Part shown: piece after piece, positions 57,575 to 64,000 of the stretch | Layout of the letters: every line of letters begins with the position of its first letter | How positions within the stretch are numbered: the stretch's first letter is position 1 | Assembly (NCBI GenBank): GCA_965231135.1 | Contig: OZ246419.1 | Span: forward strand, 8,411-72,410 | From: an uncultured Gammaproteobacteria bacterium | Lineage (GTDB): Bacteria > Patescibacteriota > Microgenomatia > UBA8517 | Reading direction: 5' to 3' | DNA length: 64,000 nucleotides | Made by a program: the position numbers and the translations under genes | The notes under the pieces: model-generated | Told to the model about the DNA's origin: nothing | The model's input: only the letters and a program-made list of their open reading frames with translations | Database searches by the model: none

Positions 57575-58485
57575 CACACAAAATACCAACATATTTAATA
57601 CACGGATCTTTAGGAAGCGGTAAAACTACCTTCATAAAAGGAATGTTAAAAACAGATGATTTTAAAAATTCAGTTGTTATTGAGAATGAGTTTGCGAATA
57701 TAAATATAGACGAAGCAAGTTTAAAAGATACATGTGATATTGATATTTACGGAATTGCTGGAGGATGTATTTGTTGTTCATCAGGACGTGAACTTTTCGA
57801 TGCTTTTGATAAGATAGCAAAATTAGAAAATGTTAAATCTTTGATAATTGAAACAACTGGTGTAGCAAGCTCTGTAAAACTTATTCAACAGTTTATGCTT
57901 AATAGCGAATTTGATGATAATTTTTATTTAAGTAGAAATATTCTTGTTATCGACTCTCTTGAAAATTCAATAGATTATTTAAAGAAAAATAAAAAATTAG
58001 ATATAGAACTCGCTGATATAGTCATATTATCAAAAATTGATTTAGTTGATGCTCAAGTTGTAAGAAAAATGAAGAAATTTATAATATCAATTAATTCAAA
58101 AGTAGAAATAAATCCTCAAAAAATTGCGGAGAGAGATGAATCAAAATCAAGCGATAAACTTCTTAAACATCTTGCAGAGCTAACAAAAATATTAAATGAA
58201 GATCATACAAAAAATATTGATTATATTGTTGTAAATCCAAATAAAAATATTGAAATTGCAAGTATAAATTTATTTATTAAGCAAATATATGATAAGAAAA
58301 TAAATTTAAAAAGAGTTAAAGGAACTTTTGAGACGAAAAATAAATTAAATTATGAAATTCAAGCAACACCAAAAAAGATAAATTATGTGAAATTAAAAGC
58401 AAAACCAGAAAAAGATTATCTAGTTTTCATTGGCGAAAAATTAGATAAAAATGTTTTTAATGATTTTATAAAAAAATATGAATAA
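57571..58485 (+). CDS. COG0523/CobW-family G3E GTPase metallochaperone
   Basis: GSLGSGKTT, ENEF, GGCICC, ETTG, SKID, RVKG. Confidence 0.92.
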   Translation: MTHKIPTYLIHGSLGSGKTTFIKGMLKTDDFKNSVVIENEFANINIDEASLKDTCDIDIYGIAGGCICCSSGRELFDAFDKIAKLENVKSLIIETTGVASSVKLIQQFMLNSEFDDNFYLSRNILVIDSLENSIDYLKKNKKLDIELADIVILSKIDLVDAQVVRKMKKFIISINSKVEINPQKIAERDESKSSDKLLKHLAELTKILNEDHTKNIDYIVVNPNKNIEIASINLFIKQIYDKKINLKRVKGTFETKNKLNYEIQATPKKINYVKLKAKPEKDYLVFIGEKLDKNVFNDFIKKYE

Positions 58486-59008
58486 CTTAGATTTTGCTAA
58501 AAAGACAGTTAAAAGATTAATTTTACAGTACAAAGAATATGAAATATTAAATGAAGAAATTAAAAAATTTGAAAACGAAAAATTTAAATTAATTTTGAAA
58601 AAGGATAATAAAAAAATAAAAGAGCTTGATAAAAAAATAAATTTACTGAAACTTGATTTACAACAAATTTCAGATGAAATGACATTTAGCAATCCAATTA
58701 TTTGGATGATGTATAAAAATGAAGCTTATAAAAATACCTCTAAAGAAATAGAAACAATGCGAGATTTCAGAAAACATTGTGAGCCAGATGGTTATATCTG
58801 TACAAACAGATTCAGATTTTTAAATAACTATTTAAATAATGTGCTGGAGGATAAAAATATATTTCCAGATGATATGTTGCTAATTAATTTATATAAACAG
58901 AAGATTATCGTGGATCTTTTGGATAATCCAGAATTTATGAAAAAATGGAAGGACAGTGAATATCTAAAAACCAATAATCAAATTAATAAATGGCATACAG
59001 CTATTTAA
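58478..59008 (+). CDS. Hypothetical protein, last gene of the Fur-NAS operon
   Basis: 176 aa, N-terminal coiled coil, HCEPDGYIC; 8-nt overlap with the GTPase. Confidence 0.65.
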   Translation: MNNLDFAKKTVKRLILQYKEYEILNEEIKKFENEKFKLILKKDNKKIKELDKKINLLKLDLQQISDEMTFSNPIIWMMYKNEAYKNTSKEIETMRDFRKHCEPDGYICTNRFRFLNNYLNNVLEDKNIFPDDMLLINLYKQKIIVDLLDNPEFMKKWKDSEYLKTNNQINKWHTAI

Positions 59009-59011
59009 GAA

Positions 59012-59152
59012 TTAATTTTGATTTTTGTTTTGATGACACTCTTTACAATGTTTCCCTTTTTTATGGTCGCAATTTTCCTCATTACAAAAACATTGTCCAT
59101 CACAGTCGCACATATTTTCGTTAGTTAAAGATTTACCGCAATTAGTACACAT
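59012..59152 (-). CDS. Metallothionein-like Cys/His-rich peptide (46 aa, not in ORF track)
   Basis: MCTNCGKSLTNENMCDCDGQCFCNEENCDHKKGKHCKECHQNKNQN*: 9 Cys, 3 His; SD AAGGAGGTGA 5 nt upstream. Confidence 0.8.
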   Translation of the reverse strand: MCTNCGKSLTNENMCDCDGQCFCNEENCDHKKGKHCKECHQNKNQN

Positions 59153-59188
59153 AATTATCACCTCCTTTAAGAAATTAATAATATCACA

Positions 59189-60277
59189 TTATTTTCTTTT
59201 AACCCACCAGCTTGCAAGGAAAGTACAAATAGGAATTGCTAAAATTAAACCACATGTTCCTGCGATAGTGCGGACGACTTCATCAATTATGATTTCATTG
59301 TTTAAAACTACCCAAAGAGGCTGACCGCCAGGATTTAATTCAAAATAAATAAAAATTGCTAAGGCACTTCCTGCATAAGCCAAAACTAAAGTATTAACCA
59401 AGGAAACGATATGTTCACGGCCTACTCTACTTCCCTTTTTGACTAGATCGTCAAATGATAAATTTTTATTTGTTTCGTGTAATTCAAAAATAGTTGCTGA
59501 TTGGGTTGTTGTTATGTCATTTAATGCTCCAAGAGTACCGATAATAATTCCTGAGAGAAGTAGACCTTGTAAGTTAATATTTTGAGTAGCTCCTGCTGTC
59601 AGGAGAGAGACTGCCTCATCATCTCCAATTCCTGCAAGATTTGTGAAATTTACAAAAGCAATTGAAAGAATGCTTGCAATAATTAGGGCAATGAAAGTTG
59701 AAGTTAATGCAATGGTTGTCTTTTTACTTATACCATGGGCAAGATATGTTGAAACAACTAATATAACAAGAGAGCCAATAATTGTTACGAAAAGCGGATT
59801 TGCGCCATGAAGAATTTGCGGAATTATAAATAACAAAATAACTGCAAGGCTTATTATTAAACCTGCAATTGAACCAATTCCAGAAAGACCTGCGACTAAT
59901 AGAAGCAAAATTACAAAACCAATTATTAAAAACGGAATACTATTTAAGCGATATTTATCAAGAATATTAATACCGTTATCAGTTTTATCTAGAATTAAAA
60001 TATCCCCTACTTTTGCTAATTGACTATCTGTAAGAAAGGAATCGCCACCGTTTTCTAACTCAATAGTTTTGCCAACATCACTTCCGTCAATTATTTTTAA
60101 AGTAAGATCCTGAAATCTTAATTTGGCACCAAAAGAATTGTTTACTCCTTCTTTATCAACAGATATAACCTGAGCTTTTTCAAATTCTTCTTTTGACTGG
60201 GCGAATATATTCTGCCTACCGGCGGTTTGAAAAATAACAAGAAATAAAACAAGAAACAAAATTATCTTTTTTATCAT
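59189..60277 (-). CDS. YibE/F family membrane protein
   Basis: GIIIGTLGALNDITTTQ, VGREHIVSLVNTLVLAYAG, EVVRTIAG. Confidence 0.88.
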   Translation of the reverse strand: MIKKIILFLVLFLVIFQTAGRQNIFAQSKEEFEKAQVISVDKEGVNNSFGAKLRFQDLTLKIIDGSDVGKTIELENGGDSFLTDSQLAKVGDILILDKTDNGINILDKYRLNSIPFLIIGFVILLLLVAGLSGIGSIAGLIISLAVILLFIIPQILHGANPLFVTIIGSLVILVVSTYLAHGISKKTTIALTSTFIALIIASILSIAFVNFTNLAGIGDDEAVSLLTAGATQNINLQGLLLSGIIIGTLGALNDITTTQSATIFELHETNKNLSFDDLVKKGSRVGREHIVSLVNTLVLAYAGSALAIFIYFELNPGGQPLWVVLNNEIIIDEVVRTIAGTCGLILAIPICTFLASWWVKRK

Positions 60278-60933
60278 TTAGAAAACATGAATGTAAGAAA
60301 ATGTAACCACACTGGTTCATTTGTATTTAGAACCGCTCCAGTTGAAGCAGAAACACTCGCTGCAATATCTTCTTTTAAACTAACAACATTAAATAAATTT
60401 AAATTTTTAACTCCATCAATATTATATTGAAGCTCACCGTTACTTGATTCTTCCAGCGCAATTTGATTATTTTTAATTGAGTCTACAGTACCTGCACGCA
60501 TTAAAGTAAGACTTGCTTCATAAGGCAAAATACTGACAAGACGATTTCCGGAATTTGTTTGTACAGATAATTCGTTTTGGGAGGGATCGATTGTAATTGG
60601 AAAAGAAGTTAAAGCTGTAATATTATTTTCTGTGATTGAAAACTTTCCATTTGAATTTCCAATTTGGATTTCATTAGAATTTGGACGTGACTCTATATCA
60701 ACTAAAGTTTCGTGCATATTTGTTACATCTACGCCATTTAGCTCAATTTTGCCGTTATTGTTTGCAAGAGAAATTTCATTACTGTTTACATTTTCAGCAA
60801 TATTTTTGACTTGAATTTGAGATTTGGCGGGAATTTGGAGAGATGTTGAATCTCCTAAAACCTGGTAAACAGTTTTTCCTTGAGGAGTAATTACAACAAA
60901 CGCTGCAGCGAGAGATAATAGTGTTTTCTTCAC
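60274..60933 (-). CDS. Hypothetical secreted protein
   Basis: Signal-like N-terminus with VLG motif, beta-rich, ends VSASTG...PVW. Confidence 0.65.
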   Translation of the reverse strand: MKKTLLSLAAAFVVITPQGKTVYQVLGDSTSLQIPAKSQIQVKNIAENVNSNEISLANNNGKIELNGVDVTNMHETLVDIESRPNSNEIQIGNSNGKFSITENNITALTSFPITIDPSQNELSVQTNSGNRLVSILPYEASLTLMRAGTVDSIKNNQIALEESSNGELQYNIDGVKNLNLFNVVSLKEDIAASVSASTGAVLNTNEPVWLHFLTFMFSK

Positions 60934-60961
60934 AAGTAATTGTAACAGGAATAAGGTGAAA

Positions 60962-61477
60962 CTAGAAACTGCCTTCTAGGACGTGGGTTTCTGGAGTCGC
61001 GTCAAAAACCTTTTCAAGAGTTATCCAAACTACTTTATGGTCAGATATATTAACTGGGGAATTATAATTTAATAAATATCCTGCTTTTGTGACTGATAAT
61101 TTTCCAAGGGAAATATAATTTGTACCGTTTACAAGCCAGGCTTGATAGAAATATCCAGCTGAAGGATCATTTAAATTTGCAACAATTGTATATTTATTTA
61201 AGCCGTTTGAGGTATCAAGAGTTGCAAGGCCCATTTGATTACTTCCTGTTACATCATGCAAGTTTGCTGTAGTTGCTCCAGATGGAACTGTAATTCCAAA
61301 ATTGTTTGGAAGAGTTGGATTAAAAGTTGCAACTGGAGTAGGCAAAGCAGAATTTGTATTTATTAAATTATTTGTTTGGTTTCTTCTAATAAGAAAAACT
61401 GCAAAAAGAATAACAATAATAATTACTACGACACCTACAAGGATGTTTCTTGTGGAACTTGTGTTTTGAGGATTCAT
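60962..61477 (-). CDS. Membrane-anchored protein with RskA (anti-sigma-K)-like C-terminal domain
   Basis: TM; FYQAWLV...SLGKL...ITLE...HVLEGSF. Confidence 0.6.
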   Translation of the reverse strand: MNPQNTSSTRNILVGVVVIIIVILFAVFLIRRNQTNNLINTNSALPTPVATFNPTLPNNFGITVPSGATTANLHDVTGSNQMGLATLDTSNGLNKYTIVANLNDPSAGYFYQAWLVNGTNYISLGKLSVTKAGYLLNYNSPVNISDHKVVWITLEKVFDATPETHVLEGSF

Positions 61478-61510
61478 TTTGTCCGATAGTAACAGACTGA
61501 AATTAAGAAG

Positions 61511-62194
61511 TCAATCGTATTTAATTTTTTTTGTAAAAAAATACTTGATCATTTTATATTCATAAACAAGCCGACCTTCTCTTTTTATTCTTCTTGTTGA
61601 ATAATAGATTTTTATTGAATCAATTATTTGAAATTTAAAACCCTTTTCAACAATCCTTTTTACATAATCTGTGTCTTCTGCAAAAATTAGATTTTCATTA
61701 AACCCGTTGATGCTTTTGTGAGCAATTTTAGTTGACAAAATAATAAAACCATAAACAACTGGATTAAAATTTGCTGTGAGCCTTTGATAAAAATTATAAA
61801 TAGTACTTAAAAAAGTATCTAAAAAATTATGATCATCTGGGAAACTTGCCACTGTCCCTACTCCATAATCTTTAGTATTAAATTCTTTGACTATTTTTTC
61901 TAGAAAATTATTTTCAAAACTAACATCAGCGTCTAAAAATAATAAAATTTCTGCGGAAGCATTTGATGCTCCAAGATTTCTTTGAAATGAAACACCTTTA
62001 TGAGGAGCTTTAATTATTTTTAAATTAAGTTTATTTTTAAATTTCTCTACAACTTTAATTGTATTATCAGTTGATTTACCGTCAACAACAATTACTTCAA
62101 AATTTTTTAAAGATTGGTTAACTAAAATTTGCAAAAGATTACCGATATATTTTTCTTCATTTAAAACCGGAATTATTATGGAGAGATTATTCAC
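61511..62194 (-). CDS. Glycosyltransferase family 2
   Basis: SIIIPVLNEE, VVDGKSTD, QRNLGA, FLDAD, AED, STRR; GTG start at 62194 preferred. Confidence 0.9.
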   Translation of the reverse strand: MNNLSIIIPVLNEEKYIGNLLQILVNQSLKNFEVIVVDGKSTDNTIKVVEKFKNKLNLKIIKAPHKGVSFQRNLGASNASAEILLFLDADVSFENNFLEKIVKEFNTKDYGVGTVASFPDDHNFLDTFLSTIYNFYQRLTANFNPVVYGFIILSTKIAHKSINGFNENLIFAEDTDYVKRIVEKGFKFQIIDSIKIYYSTRRIKREGRLVYEYKMIKYFFTKKIKYD

Positions 62195-62309
62195 AGCAAG
62201 AGTCTTTGAAACCACAATTTTTACAGATTGCGTCACGACTACCTGCGACTACTCCAATTGGAGAGCCACAAACAGGACAAGGACGCTTGACAAACTTTTT
62301 CTTTTTCAT
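62187..62309 (-). CDS. 40-aa zinc-ribbon peptide (not in ORF track)
   Basis: MKKKKFVKRPCPVCGSPIGVVAGSRDAICKNCGFKDSCCE*: two CxxC pairs plus a terminal CC. Confidence 0.7.
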   Translation of the reverse strand: MKKKKFVKRPCPVCGSPIGVVAGSRDAICKNCGFKDSCCE

Positions 62310-62322
62310 CAGTATTAATTAT

Positions 62323-62529
62323 ATGAACAAGATTATAGATAAACAAATGAAGTATTTTTCCAAATATCCTTTTTATAATTCACTGGTTCACGCTGCTGGA
62401 GGAATTGCTCTTGGAATAATTATTGCAAGGCCACTTGACGGCGGACATCCATTACAGCTTGCAGCAATATTTTTTGTGATAGCAGTTGTAGGACACTTGA
62501 TTCCACTTTTCATGAAGAAAGTAAGATAA
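62323..62529 (+). CDS. Small two-TM membrane protein
   Basis: ATG at 62323; HAAGGIALG...VVGHL. Confidence 0.6.
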   Translation: MNKIIDKQMKYFSKYPFYNSLVHAAGGIALGIIIARPLDGGHPLQLAAIFFVIAVVGHLIPLFMKKVR

Positions 62530-62544
62530 ATGAGTTCGTCGCTT

Positions 62545-63306
62545 TTAGCGCGTATTTATCAGATCCCCTGCTACAGTTTTCATTACTTCTTGAATGCTTG
62601 TCATAAATTGAGCTGGGAAAATGATGGTGGAATTTTTCTCTGTAGAAATTTCTGACATGGTTTGAAGCGTTCTAAGTTGTAATGCAATTGGGTGCTTTGC
62701 AATAATATCGCTTGCCTCTCCTAATTTAGTCGCTGCGAGCATTTCTCCTTCTGCTGCAATAATATTTGCTCTTTTGTCTCGCTCTGCTTCGGCTTCACGC
62801 GCCATCGCTCTTTGCATATTATCTGGAAGCTGAATATCTTTTATTTCAACTGCTGTTACTTGCACTCCCCAACCTTCAGTGTGTTTGTCGATAACATTTT
62901 TAATTTGGTCGTTAATGTCAGCAGTTTTAGATAATAATTGATCTAAGACAAATTGGCCAATTACATTTCTTACTGTAGTTTGGCTTATTTGATTAACTGC
63001 TGAGTGTACATTTTCAATTGCAATAACTGCTTTTTGAGGATCAACAATGTGATAATAAGCAACAGCTGCGATGTCTATAGAAACATTATCTTTAGTAATA
63101 ATTTTTTGGGAAGGAATTTCCATTGTAATGGTACGAAGACTAACCTTAGTTGCAGTTTCAAGAATTGGAACTAAAAAGAATATTCCAGCATCTGCAACTT
63201 TTTTAAAACGACCGAGCTGAAAAACAACTGCCCTTTCATATTCCTGATTAACGCGAAGAGAAAGTAAAACTAAAATAATTATTACAGCTAAGATAGCTAA
63301 TTCCAT
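62545..63306 (-). CDS. SPFH/band 7 (stomatin-like) protein
   Basis: QEYERAVVFQLG, ITKDNV, QTTVRNVIG, QRAMAREAEAER, QLRTLQT. Confidence 0.93.
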   Translation of the reverse strand: MELAILAVIIILVLLSLRVNQEYERAVVFQLGRFKKVADAGIFFLVPILETATKVSLRTITMEIPSQKIITKDNVSIDIAAVAYYHIVDPQKAVIAIENVHSAVNQISQTTVRNVIGQFVLDQLLSKTADINDQIKNVIDKHTEGWGVQVTAVEIKDIQLPDNMQRAMAREAEAERDKRANIIAAEGEMLAATKLGEASDIIAKHPIALQLRTLQTMSEISTEKNSTIIFPAQFMTSIQEVMKTVAGDLINTR

Positions 63307-63325
63307 GAGAACATTATACTACTTT

Positions 63326-63502
63326 TTAATGGTGATGCTTTTGTTTTTTCAAAGGTCGATTTTGAGACTCATAAATATTTATAATTTGACAGGGAGTTAA
63401 ATTTGTTTTAATCCCATATTGAGCATTTATGGGATTTTCTTTTCTAATTTCTGGTTTATAGGTATCTTGCATTCTTTCTATCCAAAGACGTTCTTGTTTC
63501 AT
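63326..63502 (-). CDS. Possible small hypothetical protein (58 aa, not in ORF track)
   Basis: MKQERLWIER...LKKQKHHH*; fills the intergenic gap. Confidence 0.35.
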   Translation of the reverse strand: MKQERLWIERMQDTYKPEIRKENPINAQYGIKTNLTPCQIINIYESQNRPLKKQKHHH

Positions 63503-63581
63503 AAATTAATATTTAACTGTTACAGAAATAAATTCAATCCTGTAATTTTTTAAAAACGGAGTGTAAACTGAAGTAGTCTTC

Positions 63582-64000
63582 TTAAAAACCTATTTCTTCT
63601 TTAACAAATAAAATTTTAACTCTGTCTGGATTAAATTCTTTATTTACTATTAATATTTTACTGACGTTACTTTTTATTTCGGGATTTCCATACTGCTCGG
63701 CCAACCTCACAGATTCTTTTGGCAGGATATAATCATAAATACGTGCTATTGCATCTTTATCATCTTTAACTATTTTTTGAGTACCTATAACCCAAATAAC
63801 ATGACTTGCGCCGTAAACATAAGCTGACAACTGACTTCCAGTATTGCTTGCAATAAAGACGTGGCCGTCTGAAGTAACGGCATGAACACTTCCAAGACAA
63901 TATTCCGGAGCTGATCCAAGCTTTTGCATTTTTAAACTATCAGTCTCGCGATTCATTTTATTTAGCTCATTTTTTACGGAATTATATTTACCACTTTCGT
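63582..64000 (-). CDS. LUD (LutC/YkgG) domain protein, 5'-truncated by the window edge
   Basis: GSVHAVTSDG...ASNTGSQL...GTQKIV; the frame stays open to base 64000. Confidence 0.8.
   Translation of the reverse strand, partial: ESGKYNSVKNELNKMNRETDSLKMQKLGSAPEYCLGSVHAVTSDGHVFIASNTGSQLSAYVYGASHVIWVIGTQKIVKDDKDAIARIYDYILPKESVRLAEQYGNPEIKSNVSKILIVNKEFNPDRVKILFVKEEIGF

Noticed and set aside
383-60814. Many 60-180 aa ORFs nested in or antisense to clear genes (e.g. 882..1106, 3867..4226, 6383..6697, 13236..13607, 30710..31090, 44439..44984, 52132..52533)
   Set aside because: They are shadows of well-supported genes, with no motifs or start signals of their own.
63410-63436. AATCCCATA-N9-TATGGGATT hairpin as an ncRNA or terminator
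   Set aside because: A single AT-rich stem inside a possible small ORF, with no further support.
1-64000. CRISPR array, rRNA, IS element or stop-codon recoding (code 25)
   Set aside because: No spaced direct repeats, rRNA-like tracts or transposase were seen; TGA ends many conserved genes at the expected positions and Gly motifs use normal codons.

Overview
AT-rich, very gene-dense bacterial chromosome segment. TGA is used as a stop, so the standard bacterial code applies. Gene content (DUF5667, DUF5654, a CPR-type VirB4/TraG-like ATPase, an archaeal-type ATP-dependent ligase, a split transketolase, a short PGK) points to a Patescibacteria/CPR genome, probably Microgenomates; this placement is inference. 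The window holds a MacAB-like ABC exporter, a thioredoxin/DsbA cluster, ftsH, trpS, pth, a Xer recombinase, Fic, recF, mutM, class II RNR with PduO, two class A PBPs, a long glycolysis/pentose-phosphate directon, three structurally unusual tRNAs and many orphan ORFs. Main points of interest: (1) a metal-homeostasis island with a Fur/Zur regulator, a plant-type nicotianamine synthase, a COG0523 GTPase, an unknown gene, a ZIP transporter and an unannotated metallothionein-like peptide, with a perfect palindromic operator in the promoter; (2) two class III nucleotide cyclase half-genes with complementary catalytic residues inside the glycolytic directon; (3) tRNA-Ile(UAU), a degenerate initiator-like tRNA and no U55 in any of the three tRNAs, alongside pervasive leaderless gene starts; (4) small hairpin elements inserted in-frame in housekeeping genes. 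No CRISPR array, rRNA, IS element or prophage was seen. All family assignments come from motif recognition by eye, not from database searches.
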